Below, piece after piece: positions 39,701-54,700 of a stretch of 64,000 nt of DNA; within the stretch, counting starts at the first letter, position 1, and each line of letters starts with the position of its first letter. Position numbers and translations under genes: made by a program. The notes beneath the pieces were generated by a model that did not search any database, was not told the DNA's origin, and worked only from the letters and a program-made list of their open reading frames with translations. The stretch covers positions 16,811,045 to 16,875,044 of the forward strand of contig NC_092680.1 of NCBI RefSeq assembly GCF_964355755.1. The letters are read 5' to 3'. The stretch is from Antedon mediterranea. Its lineage: Eukaryota; Animalia; Echinodermata.

Positions 39701-42700
39701 ACGATTGGCCCATAAATAACAAAACCCATCCTATCAACCAAAACTCCTAAACAATCTAAACCTAAAACGTTCTACAAAATCGGCTGTAAATATTGAAGCA
39801 AAACAAGGTCCGATCGCCGTCCACATGATGTATGGTGTCCCGATCGTCTAAGTAGGCCTAAAATAGGCTTAGTTTACTCTCCAAAAAAGCGGATACTCAT
39901 GCATCAAGCAAGTAGACCAGGTAGTAGGAAGGAGATCTAGCTGATCCGGCCCAGTTAAAAATTGAGCTAGCTATAGTGTAGTAGACCCTATGCGAATAAA
40001 TACTACCAGGCCTTTTACTATAGGCTACACTCCAACTCTCTTATTCGAGCTATATTATCTATACCATTCCAGTAGGTCGAGTCGACCTTCAATCAAATAC
40101 TGTACATGGTTCATGTTTTGATTATAGACGGGGTATACTCGACCCGACCAGTTTGGTATTGTATATTGTATCTGCTTATCACGTGACGATGCCAGGCATG
40201 GTGGGCAGAGAGAGCACGTGTATCGTCGTCTCGCTCGATCGATCCTCAGCAGGAGGAATGTACAGTATACGTTACGCTTCATTGATTTTGATTTTTCCCT
40301 AAGTCGGTGCGAAAATCGGCAAACGTAAAGTGCAAACATATCTAATTTTTCACTGTTTTGATGAATTTTCATAAAAAAATGACTTTATAAATGGGAAGAC
40401 CGACTAATATTACATCAGATAAGTATAATTTTACAAAAGTAATTGATATGGTTAATGATAACGAGTCGTCGGAAGATGGACCATTTCACGAATTTCCTAT
40501 TTTGTAACCACAGTGTGATTTTGCCGTAGCTGCACTTGTAATCTGGCCTGATTTCACAGCCTTCGTTCTGCTTCACTGGGCGCTTATATAAATTGAAACT
40601 TTTACCGTTCAAGAGACAAACAAATATATTTTACATTTTTTACTATTCATTTTAAACCCGGAACCCCCCTTTAACCAGAGAAACATAGAACTAGGCCATA
40701 CGTTTAAATTATACTGGCAGTTCACATTAATTGTTCATTAAGTAGAATCTTTAATTATAGTCAGTACACATTAATGCATTAATTCCTCATATGATATTAT
40801 TAAGGAACTTACATTAAAGGAAATTAGCATTACCATTCAAAATTATTACCAATTACAGAGATAGAAAATATATTGAAATTTATAATAGTCTATATGTTCT
40901 CTTCTCTAAAGAATGTAATTAATATGTACAAAGCTTGATTATACATTTCTTTCCACTGGCCTATTAAAAAAAAAAGTAAGAGCTAAAAAAAAAAAGCTCT
41001 CACTATGAAATGTCCATTGCATTCTTATATTTTGTAGCTAAGTTCTTAAAGATATACTGTATTTCCCCCCTGAAAATAATTTGTTAAAATGTTTTTGTTG
41101 AATATGCCATTTTAGTGCCACAAAAAAATTGGATCAAAGACAATTTATTTACCTGAAAAACTGTAATTTAAAACAAAAAATAGTGAAATTGGCTGGAATT
41201 TAACTTAAGTAAAAACATTTTTTTTTAGTTCTTAGTAATTAACTTTATTAAAAGTGTGAAATGGCCTAGTCAAAGTCTTTTTTTTATTAATCTTCATTTT
41301 TCATGTTTTGGGGACAATACACTTGCAATAAATTAAATTCATTTGCAATATAACAAATGTTCACTTGGATCTCTAAACTGTGTCCTATACAGTAAAGTGT
41401 GTATACAATAATGATGTTATGACTTAACACATAATCAATTCATTTTGTCATAAAATGTATTAAGGAGGCAGAATATGTTAATTAGCTACTTTAAACACCT
41501 TTTTGTCAGTTCAAATATTTTGAATCTATTAATAATGTAAATTTCACTTTAAAATATTAATACCAAATATTCATAATTTTTACAGCATTTCGCAACTACC
41601 ATTCAAAAGTTGGTAAAGGTGGGTGCTGAATTCATTCTGAATGTAGGGAATAAGCTGTTAAAGCTCATTGTATTAAACCTCAACATTTTGTGGTCAATGC
41701 CGCCTTAAATCCTCCTTAGTGTTTTTCAACCAGGTACGCATTTACAGCCGAGTGGACTGGCCAGGGTTGTTTTTATCAGGAACGGGTCTTTCTGTGTCCT
41801 AACCACTTGGCTAACCAGTCCATAAATAGTTTAAAAACAAATTAGAGACATTTTGGCTTTTAAAACCATACAAATACCCATTAAAATAAACAAGGAATAT
41901 ACTTACCAAAGTCATCTTTGACAACGTACAAGGCAAAATAATTAGCAGCTTCTTCACTCATTTCTAGTTGAAAAACGACCATCTGAAATTATCAATATTG
42001 CATTTTAAAAATTATTATAAATACAGTCAACATAAACAGAAACCATCAAGCTTATTGTGTATCAACATTTTTCAAAAGCCCTTACACACCTGAAATGCAC
42101 ATGATGTAATGGCCAGAAGGTTTTGCCAATTGTGGGATATGCATATACTATTACCAAATCAGAAATGTTAACGGTGCACACCCATTAGACCTATTGGATG
42201 GGCACAATCTAAAAACATACACATCCCTGGAAACTTAAATATTCTATTAAAAATATAGCAGAATATGATAATTATATCAAGTCATAACTTTCATCTAATA
42301 ATCTAATCAGGAATTATGAAGAGCTTTTCCATTTGTAGTGCTAATACATACAGTAATCACTTGAATAATTCTTTGGCAGAATTTCATCAACATTTTTGTA
42401 ATGTGTATTTTAATACATACTTATAGTTCAGAATATTCCTATGTAGTAATTTTGAATCTCATTTGTGATACTCATAAATTTATTTTGTCACTCATTTGTC
42501 ACATTCCTTTGTCACACAATATGACACTCATTTGTGACACTCATTTGTGACACTCATTTGAGACACTCAAATTATGTTCTCACTCATTTGTGATACTCAA
42601 ATGTATGTTCTCACTCATTTGTGACACTCAAATTTATATTGTGACACTCAAATTTATATTCTTATTCATTTGTGACACTCATTTGCGACACTCATTTGCG

Positions 42701-45700
42701 ACACTCATTTGCGATACTCGATTGCGACACTCGATTGCGACACTCGATTGCGACACTCGATTGTGGTACTCATTTGTGTCGCATTTATTTGTGACACTCA
42801 ATTGTGAGAGTATGGTACTCACATAAAACACATTCATTATCAATTTCTGATTCTCACCTGATAAACATCTTCTGTTGTATTATTTTTTCTAATTTTCACG
42901 ATTATGCTTTTACGATTTGGGAGAAGAATCCTCATGTCCACTTCGCTAACTGGTTGCTTTTTACTCTATAATAAAAATCATAAATTATAAACCACTCAAA
43001 TGTTAAATGTTCTTTTTTTTTAAGCTCTGTCTACACTATCAAACTTTATGTGACAAAATAATTTGATGTGCCCATATATGGACATATTTGGTCAAATCAC
43101 TCTTTTTTTTTTGTCAAACTAGTTTGATAGTGTAGACAGATCTTTAGAGTATAACTGAACTGGTACTATATTGTATTACTGTACAGTATGTTAAACAGTA
43201 ACCTGTATTGCTACAGTTCAATTCCATGACAGTGTTCTTACAGTCAACTTTTATATAAAGCAAACTATACATAATAAAATAATAATAAACAGTATTTATA
43301 TAGCGCCTAATGGATCACTGACCCCTCTAGGTGCTTTACATTAGACCCTAACTAATGGTAATAAACTATCCCCCGCCGGACACCATTCCGGTATTTCTTA
43401 GTCGAGGTTTCAGGGATGGAGACAATCAATAATGTGAAAAAAAATGTAACTATAAGCTTAACTATGCTTAACTAAGGTAAAACTATCCCCTGAGTCAAGG
43501 TTTCGGGGCCAGAATTAAGAATAGATATACATAATGGTAAACGCATATTACATCTACACATGTTCAATAGTCTGTGATTGTACCATGTAGTAGGAGTAAT
43601 TCACCTTAATAATAAATTTATACATTATCGGGATGTGTTTTTTTTCATACCAAAGATATTTTTTTTAATTGCACCTTAGAGAGGCCGCAGGATGACTCAA
43701 AATATCGGGGTGGGAAAAAAAAAAATCCTAAATACATTGTGCATAACACTGTATCATAAAATTTGCAAAGGATAATTCACAAAAACTGAAAACAAAATGT
43801 TTAAAACAATTATAAGACAGTAGGATAATTGGGTACTTCACTTTGGTATGTTTAATTAATTGAATCTAAACTATTTCAACCGAACAGAAATATTAATGAA
43901 AAATGAAATTGTTATATGTATATATATTCAACATCATAATAAGATGTTTTCTACATGCAAGTCTGTACTTAACCTTAAGTTGGCATAATATTCAAGACTG
44001 AAGTAGTCTACTTGTGAATGTGGAGAAGTAAGGAAGTCAATGACCAGAGAAAGACCAAATTAAAAACATGATGTTTTCAATACCAAGCACCAGAACAAGA
44101 GCATATGACATACATTATGCCTGGGTTTGATCACAGATTAGGACCCTTTTCAGATAATGTTTTTTCAGCTATAGGCGCTTGACCTTTGACAAGATCGCCT
44201 TAAATTTATAATTTAAAACTACGATACTTAGTATTGTATATTCAGGAATAGCCGCTCCATAGTCTCTTTGCTTTTCTTCCTTATATCTTATTCTTATTAA
44301 CTCAAAATTATTTTTACTAACAAACATTACTATTTGTATGCTTAGGCTAGGCTAGTGTGTAAAACATTATTGACATAATATCATTATACATCCACATACA
44401 GTACAACTCTTCTTAACAATTTTTTCAATCTTCTAAAAGTCGTAGTTAGTCATGTCTCGGGTCACATTCTATGGTCACCGTACAGATAGGCTACTACATC
44501 AGTACTTCTATGAATGGATGACTAGTTGGTGACAAGAACGCTAGTTGGTCATACCCAGTACCGTTTTGATTTTACGATCTTTCAGGAAACCATCTCACAA
44601 CGTTATTGGCTGGCAATCACTTTTGTTTGCCTTTAAAAACAATTAAAATGTATACGTACCTCCTCATATTTATTTTCACTTGACTTCAAGAACTCCTGGA
44701 TATAGTCGGACTCTGAAATTATTCTTACCGAACAAACTGAAAATTACAAACAAATATTTAAATGCCATTGGTAATAATTAGATAGGAATAAAAATCCCAT
44801 ATTAATATCAAGAATAAGTAATTTTTTATAATATAAAATTTATTATTTTGTGTTTTGTACATAGTTTATAAGACACTGAAACAATATGAACCCAAAAAAC
44901 AATTGGCATATAATTTTAAATCGGTTTAAATAATTACAAACTGTAGTTTCTGCAGTAATTTCCTGAGAATAAGTTTATCAAACCAATAATCAACATAATG
45001 ATTTTCCTATTTAAAGGATTATGAAATTAGTAATTCATAATTTTCTATAGATTTTATACTGACTGACTGAGTACATTTATTAAAAATGTCAGCATCATAC
45101 ACAGCGATAAAAAAAAATAATAGTGGAATGAAGACGTTGTGTTTATGTTTTTTCAAAGCCACAAATGACAATACTTCAGAGCAACAATGCAATGCCAGTT
45201 GTACAGTACATTAAACAGACATACAGCACACAGGTAGCCGGCATTGTATAGTACTTCAGTATAATAATTCATAATGATAATTTATCATATTATTATTAGG
45301 GAACTTCCTCTACCAAACCAAACACTATTAAGCTCTGTCTACACTATCAAACTTTATTATGTGACAAAACAATGTGATTATCACTGCCATTTAAGCATAC
45401 AGTATCACTACCATGTTGGGAACATTACATTTTTTTGTCAAACGACAGTTTAGTTAGATAATGTAAACAGAACATTAGAAGATCTCCATAATGCTACTAT
45501 TAAATTGTGCCTTTTACTTTTAATGGCTCAGGGGTCTATAGAATTAATTTAGACATCTGTTAATAAGTATAAACGTATGTTACTTAAATTATGTATCAAC
45601 TAGGGGTTAAATATTTGATAACGTCACACTGAAATATCGAAAACCACAGTAAACATGAAAAGATCAGAGGTCACAGATTATAAATTTACAATTTTCGATA

Positions 45701-48700
45701 CAATACTGTTTGACAAGTATCATAATTGAAAAATAAACAAACAAAGGTCATATTGCCAATGTTAAAATAAACAGTTGCTTTTTTTAACATTTTAAACTGT
45801 TAATGTTTAACTAATCAACATTAAAATCAGGCATCTAATTTTGTGGTTTCACATTCTGTGGCCAAGCCAGGTTAAAGGTTGGTTTCCATTATACAACACG
45901 AGAAATTTGACCATGATCAGTAGCTCACATTAGCTTGATGAGCAGTTTTTTGTACTAATGGAAACCTCCCTTAAAGGCCAGGTGCGGGCAAAAAATTTCT
46001 ATTGATCATACATTCCAATAATTATCGATCTACAGTTTCCCCTATGTTTCATAATTTTTGGGATTTTATTTGTGTTACACGAGCTTGTTGAAAATAAGCA
46101 CTTTCTTATCAGTGGGGGGATAGTTCAAATTACACAGTAAAATATCTATTCTTTTGTACACAAATTTTGTAAATAGAGAGGCATTTTAAAAAGCTATGAA
46201 AAATAAATGGTGTGGTAAAAAATGTTATCAGATGACTAAATATAGGTAATATAACTTGAATATTACATTTCTGATATTTTTATTCAACTTCAGATTTTTA
46301 TTTTCATGCTATAGCAAAAATTATCCACCGTATATCCACCATCTTTTTTCACCGTCTAGGGAGTCACCAGACATGTTATTACATTAGGTTAACTACCTAA
46401 CTACTGAAAAAAAGTCTTCCTGGTTTTTATGGAAGAATTTTGCCAAATTTTGTATTTGACCATATTAAGGGAAATTCATGTTTTTTCGTCTCGATTTCTG
46501 TTACAAATATTTGATTTATGTACAATTAACCAAATATTATATTTAAAATTCTTGCCTGTACCTGAGCTTTAAAATGTAATTTGGGCCTACACGTTTGGTT
46601 TACACTCACAAATGTCCCTACATTCCAACCATTACACAAAACGATTTTTTTTTACTTTCATTATTCAACTTTTCATTGACATAAAGTAACACTTTTTATT
46701 AACATTGTTAATAGGATTAAGAAAGAAATTAGAAAACCACAGAGAGAACTCATCTACTGTACTATATTAAACATACAGTAATGTGACTAGGGACTGTCTA
46801 TGGTTGTTAATGACCTTATAGAAAAATTACCCTAACGCAAAAAATGCAGCTAAATGTTTTGTCTGTTATTAAATGGTAATTATATTATCGTTAATGTATT
46901 TTGTCTAAGAATTTAATTCAATAAATTTAATATAGCTGGCTCATGTCATTTGATTGGACGATTGTGAGTCACATGGCATGCAATAGTATACAAATAATGA
47001 ATGTTTATGAGTGCGATGGTACATATAATTTCATGAAGTGAAAGGTAAAATTCTATTTTGATAGACAAAGCACGAGTTAAAATAGAATTTAATATCACCG
47101 AATTAAATTATTTGTACTATCGCACTCATCTTAAACATTCATTATTTGTATTCCGTATCCTCGGGTTTAATCCAACTTCTGGTCTAATCCCACCACCTAC
47201 TTTATGTTTGATTTCAGAAAAAGGTGTATCCCTGGGTATATAGTCCCAGTATTGACTTTTGGTCTGGATGTAGGCCTCTCTCTCATCTGAAGATGAGTTT
47301 TTACAAGAAATGCTTACCAATCTTTTTTTTTTCCTGAATCAGGGTTTCCCCAGGTTTAGTTTCACTCTCCAAAGTCAGCCCAATTTCGTGTTCTAGGGAT
47401 ATGCGGCAATATTACATTTGAAAAAGAAGATTTCTTTTACTAACCTTTTTCTAGGTAATGCTGTAATTCTCTCCTTCTCGTGTCCAATTGTTTCTCTGAT
47501 AATGAAAAAGGCCATTTGCTTGGAAATTTAGGAAACTGAAAGTCGGCAAACTCTCTTTTCAGGTTTGAATGCAAAGTTGCAAATTCACTGAATCTATGTG
47601 AACACACCAATACACCAGCATTGTAAATATTATAAGCCTATCAAAAAAAAAATGAAATTTATCTAAATCAATTTTGTCGATAACACTGTGTAAATATGGA
47701 TTTACAAAGAGTACATATTGATACTATAGTCAAATCAGAAACATGATGTAATTCAACGAAATGTTCAATTTAAAAATTTGCATATTATTATGATGAAATT
47801 TCTTTCCTCTGGCCAAACAAGTGACATCTTGGTTTACACAGAGCAAGCATAGACAAAAATGAACTGGTTTTCAATAAAATAGTGTGGCTTTTGTCAGTCT
47901 ATCTAGGTTACTGTAATTGATCAAATAAGCTACTTCATTCTACACTGCAATAAAATAAACACAGTACATATTCACAATCACATACGGGAAATCAACTTTA
48001 AAATACCAATTTATTTTTAACATTTATGTTTTCCAGGATACTGAAATTAAAAGATATTGGTTGTTACTGTCAAATAACAGTACCAGTCAAAAAACAACTG
48101 GGCCTAAATAAAGATATGGGTTTAGATTTAAGTAATTACCACGGCAGTTATATGCATGAAAATCAAGTATGCGTAATACTGTAGACTGTAAATGGCAGTG
48201 CTGCAGTTGCAGATAAAATGCATTATAGTCAAGTAAGCGCAACAGTTAAGAATTGCATTGAGTCAAATAATAGCTGCAGGCAAATAAGCATGGCAGTCAA
48301 TATTGTAGTCAAGTATGCGTGGTAGTTAAATAAGGGCTGAAGTTACAATTAAATATATGCACAGGGGACTTTCAAAGCATAACAGTTGAAAAACGCTGTA
48401 GTTAAATTAGCGTTACAACTAAAATAAAGACGTTAGCTAGAACAAGCAGCTAAATAACGGCAGCATTCAAATATTTGTGGCACTTAAATAAGTGTGAAAG
48501 TTAAATAAGTTCTAGTAAAGTACTAAGTACCCGTCAGGGTCCCTACCTAGGGTTACAGGTCTCAGGTCTTTAGTTTTTAGTTTGTTTTTTTTTTAAATTA
48601 ATTAGTGTTCCATGACCTTCTCATCAAAATTAATGTCATTCATTGTTGTGCTGTGTCAATGTCAATGACAGCGAAATGTCCCCAATAATGGGGATACTGT

Positions 48701-51700
48701 AGCTATGCAAACAAGTAATAAGTAAGTAAGTAAAATAGTCTTAATTTTATACTACATCAAAGTACTGACAAAAAAGTGTGATGTGCCTAAATATGGTAAT
48801 GATATGTCTATGGGCACATCATACTTTTTTGTCACAAAAGTTTGATAGTGTAGACAGAGCTTTAAGCTATATTACATTAGGAGGCACCAATTTTCTCACC
48901 ACAAACTTTTCTCCATTTTTACTATCTTGCCTATAGTCTGGTATTGTAATTGAAACTTGTCTTTTTTCACTGTAGTCATAGTTTGAATAGCCTGACGATT
49001 CGTCACTTGGTTCTCCTCGTTCCTCTCGTAAATTTGGAACCGAGATGATTGTTAACGTTAATGACGACCCTCCTTGTTTGATCAAGTCCACAACATGCTT
49101 ATGAGTGGCGCCTTCTACATTCTCACCATTTCTGAAGAAAAAGAAATATTTGTAAGTGTATAGTATATTTTTGATATATCCCTATGGATGTTTTATATTT
49201 CAAGATGTATTGTCCCCCAAAGCCATGAAAAATGAAGATTACTAAAATCAGACTATAAATAGGCCATTTTGCAGTTTTGATTAAGTTATTCACTTCTATA
49301 AAAAAAAAAAAAAAAAATATTATTTTATTTAAAAGAAGACAAAAGAAACGGTTAATTTTAACCAAAAACCATTGTTTGACAGCTTTAAATTACATTTTTT
49401 CAGATAAATAACTTTTTTTCAATTCAGTTTTTGGTCAAAGTAAATAACTATTAAGTGGCAATAAAATGGCATAATCAATAACAAATAATCAATAACAAAT
49501 ATTGAAAAAAAAAATTGTTAAGGGGAAATTATATCTTTAAGATTAGCAACACAGTGCTGTTAATTTTTTTCAAAGAAAAACAATAAATCGGTATTCTCTG
49601 TAAATTCATTAAGAATATTTTTTCTTGATTTAATATCAGATGTGTGTATTTATATCATGCCCCCAAATAAGTTACAAATTATGCAATTTGATAGTAAACA
49701 CAATCACTAATTCCATACATTATAATGTCAATGCTTGAGGATAAACGTCACAAGATATTAATTTACCTGACAATGATGGCTATTCTATTTTTGTCATTTA
49801 CAAATTATATCATTTCGGTTTCCAAAAATAAAATGATATAAATTGTTATTAATAAAATTAGAAATAATTTCTAATTCTAGTGTACTAATAATAATTTATA
49901 TTATTTTACAATTATTGTATTGAAAACAGCCTCTAAAACTTGTCATCCCTGTACAGTGTATATCGTCAATCAGAATGTACAGTATCAGCATTGTAATAAT
50001 TAATCTTCGGGTAATATTAATTAAAATATTAATTAAATTTGTATTCTTTAAATTGTTGGAAGGCTATTTTGAATAAATTATATTTGTAATACTATTAGAT
50101 ATTCAATTTAACATTTATTTCGACCAGAATCAAACTTTGTAATGAACATAGATTAAACAAATAAAACAACAACAAAAAAAGTTGGTAGAGGGACCACATA
50201 GACACTTAAGATGTATTGTAACCTGAAAAAAAATTCTTAACCAAATTTTTTTTGAATATGCCATTTAAATGTAACTTAATAGTTATCCACTTTGACTATT
50301 GGATCGAACAAAAAAATACATTTACCTGAAAAAAACTGTAATTTAAAGCAAAAAAATTGTCAAATTGGTTGCTAACCAATTGGTTGAATTTAACAATTTA
50401 TTTTATCATTTTATTTTATAAACCACTTTTTTTTTCTATGGAAGTGATTAACTTTATTAAAACTACAAAACAACATATTTAAAGTCTGATTTAATTAATA
50501 TTCATTTTTCATGTTTTTGAGGGACAATACTTTAACAAGTCCGTCACTTTGGTCCCTCCTTATATACACAATCCATACAAAAAATTAACAAAAAACAAGT
50601 TTACATGTTCAGTGCCTTGGACAATCTGGCACAAGTACATGGCCACTGAACAACGCAAGACGAAATAAAAAATCATGACATTAAATAATACAGTGTATGT
50701 TGTAATTGCGTGGGAGTTTGCTAGACATCCTATTATTAGTGTTATTAGTTAAAAAATAATTTTGCTCAACCTGACTAAATACCTGTACTTTAAGGAAGTA
50801 AACACAATGAATGATACTTGCAAATAGTTATTTGGTAGAACTCAACCAATGATCTCAAAATTATACTCAAACCCATTTCCTATTATTTCTATAAAGTCTA
50901 ATTCTTTCTGACTATAGTTTCAATATTGATCTTTGCCATTTGACTGGCATCATGTGGAATTATTTTGTTCCATTTTAAAGTTCTATTCAATGGATCTCAA
51001 CAGCTCTGTCTATAGAGTTCTGCGGTGCTGACATCACAACGGTAGGTGGCGCTGCGTGGACGGTAGGTGGCACTGCATGGTTGCTAGCCAACCAAAAAAT
51101 GCGTTCAACCTGCCTGAGTGACTCCTAGTTCACCAATGGTTTGGAATAGGCTTATTGAAGTAGTCATTTTAAAACTTAATCATTTTCAATAAAAACAAAC
51201 TAAAATTTCAAAAGATCACTAAATATTTGTTTTTAACAATCTATTTATTCTTCAACTACAGTTTAAGTTAAACAAAATCAAGCTAAGATATAATTTGATA
51301 GAAACACAAATCTATAGTGGTTATCAACATATAGTGTTGAATGCATTTTTGGTAGCACCATTTACCGTTGTGACATAACACCGCAGAACTCTATACATTG
51401 TTCTGCTCCTCAGTTAGACTGAGTCCACCTTTTTACCATGGCCTATTAGTCCTAAACATCTGAAAGCGGAGCTTTTATGTTGATTAAATATATAATTATT
51501 ATTATAGTTTACTAGGACAGATTGTTTGTTTTTTTTGCTTTATTTTTTCTTTGTTTCATTGAAATAGACTCATGAAAATATTCTCCGCATTCAACTTATA
51601 AACATTTATTATTTGTACATTGTATTTAGTATTGTACTATTTTATTTTACACAAATTTCTTGGGCTTGCTTTTATTATTTTTACTGTATGGTCATTAGAA

Positions 51701-54700
51701 AAGAAATCAATTTCAATTTTAAAATGGTATTCTTACAAAAATGCTCTGAGAATTCAGTACATTTCATGATAGCTTTGGCAAAAACTCATCAGAAGTAATC
51801 GCACAATTCTGAAAATTCTTGTCATATTATTAGACATAAGAAGCATTATACAATTATGGAAGAATTTCATTACATGTTATAATACAATGCATTACTCCCA
51901 TTGGGGATGGCGGATAATGCTGTCAGTAGCTGCTAAGCATGATTGTGTATGTTGCTAATCATTAAGGCTCATATAATGCAGCATATGGTGCAGAAGTTAT
52001 CACCATTAAAATCTATTTTTAGCATCTCTTTATTAATATTATCCACCATAAATAGAAAATCTATATTCACAAAAACGAACAAAATATGTTTAAATATATT
52101 TATTTCATTCTTTGTTTTATACATTTCAGATAATTATCTAATTATCTTAAAAAATATATTATTTTATATTCATTAGAACTATGATTGATTTTATAGTAGA
52201 CATTCATTTTAAGTTAAGCCAAACCAGATCACAATTGGTGATTTAACATTAAGTGCCATGGACCTAGAATATTATCCTGTAATCCAAAATTAAAAACATT
52301 GCATGAAAGTTGGTTGTAGTAAGCCTGATGATAGGAATAGAAAAAGGCAAATATATAAGCATTTTTTATACAGTGGAAAATTCAGTATTGTATTGTTTCT
52401 CAAGTGGACATGTCATTGGAAAAGAAAATTGGTGATTTATTTTAATAATTGTGAACTGATTGTGGAAATGTTGTTGGCTTTTTCCAGTAATAACTGAAGG
52501 TTTTTGTTTAAGCTCGGTTCCGAGGCAATGCAAGGACGTAAGCACAGCGCCAGCAGTGATTTGATCAGGTACAAGCGACTTTTCGGGAGATTCATCACAT
52601 CATGATTGGTTGCTTTTACGTCCTTGATTTAGCCCAAGAGATGCCTATTTTGGTTTTTTGGGTATCTCTGTATGCTATGCTAATTACCAAAATGCATATT
52701 TTATGGTTTCTTTCCCGTGCTGATGTGCTCATCAGCATATATTTCTGGACAATAGTTTTACACAAAAAAACTCTAATTTTCATGTATCTTTTTTAAAAAC
52801 CATTTTATCACTTTTCTTATACATAATACAGAAGGCTAATTTCAAAAATAAGGCTGGAAAAAAGGTAGTAAGTCATAGGTACGTAGACCATCCAATATGG
52901 CTGACAGCAATAGATCAATCAGATTACATCAGTTTAAAATTATTATTCCTACTCAGTCACAGACTCATCTCAAATAGCGTGTGCGATGCATGTTCTGGTC
53001 AGGGTTTGGGAACAAAACGCGTACGTTTGTGATTTGTTTTTTGTGACGTTTGCTCCCAAACCCTTCCCATCATGCATTGTGCAATGACGTTCCTCGTGAA
53101 ATCAAGCTATTTGCAAAAATCTTACTGGCCAAACAAAGACCAAAGCAAATCACGATCATTATGATATAACAATCCCCTCATAATTATACAACTTTTTTTA
53201 AATTATTTATGTTTGTTTGTTTGTATGTTTGTTTATATATTTAGGCAATTACCAATGGGTAACCATAAGCAAATTCATTCACTATCTTTCGTAAATGTTA
53301 TTTACATATTAGACTAAATTTATTTTGTAAAACTGTTTGTTTATATCATAATATTAATAGCAACATTTTTTTCACATTATCGATTGCAAGCCGATTTCCT
53401 CAGTTGCAAAAAAATATGATTGATGACGGAAAAGCAACGCTTTCTAATCTATTAGTACAGTGAATAAACCTTTTCACGCCTCTAACCTTAATCAAATTCT
53501 TGTTCACAAGTACTCTTTAACCTTCCATGTCTTATAATTCAAGATTTTTTTTTAATATTTAATAAATTAGTACTCGTAGTAGAAATAACAACCATGACAA
53601 AACATAATGGCATTCTGATTGGAAATAAATGGTTCTTTTTTCATTTAAAATTTGCAAAATTTGCAGCATTCAGATGCTGCAATTTAAACAATTTAGTGAT
53701 GATGTTGAATTTTAAAATGATTAAATAGAAAAAAAACTTTTTGTTTTATATTATAATTTTTGTTTAGTTATTGACACCACAGGCCTAGTGTTATTTACAT
53801 TAAAAATGCATATTTACGTAAAATTGTGAACGTCTCAATAACATTAAAATTATAAATATAATGAATTAGCATGTAATTGATAACTTTTTTTATTTTGTTG
53901 GGCGAGGATTAGTATGACCAGATTTTTTTCGCAATTTGAATCAAGATACTTAATTCACATTGGAAAGGAAATTTCAAATTGAGGAAAGTATTTTCAAAAT
54001 TCAGTATTTGATCATAACCTAAAAGCATGATAACCTTAAAGTAAATATATATCCTACATAATTTATAATAGTTCAAGTGATTAAATTATTAACTTAACAG
54101 AATAAAATAAAATGTTATAATTAATAATTATGAATTTTGGATAAATGTTTTAATAATAATAATATAAGGCAAAAAACTGAATGGCAAATCAGGGCCTACT
54201 TATTTATAAATAGGTAGGCTAGCTTACTTTACTAACTATAGCAAGACTCAGAGTACTAGCCTCTTTCACAATTTCAAAGTGCATAGATAGAGGCTGATAT
54301 AGGCCTAGTGATAGATAGGCTAGGTCTAGCTAGGCCTAACTAGTACTAGGCCTACTAATACTAGGCCTATTTCTATACTAAGTTATAGTCATACTAGGCT
54401 AGTTAGCCTAGACTAGTTAATGTCTTATCTAGCTAGTAGGCCTATAGTATAGCCTATACACTCGTATTCTAGCCTGAGATGTATTAGTCTATGCCTAGCA
54501 TATAAGCTTGGGCTATTCTATGAACTAGCTAGGCCTAGGCTAGGCCTACATGTTGTGTTGACTGTTGACAGCTAGCTGGACTAGCTAGGCTGCTATATGC
54601 TAGGCCTACTCACACTTCCAGTATGCGGTCTCCCTTCAGGATCCCAGCCTTTTCTGCAGCTCCACCTTCCAAAACTGCGCTAACATGTTGAAGAGGTGCA

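Noticed and set aside
38780-40612. ORFs inside the nested elements as transposases
   Set aside because: They are short, show no DDE, THAP or zinc-finger motif that I can recognise, and the elements appear non-autonomous.
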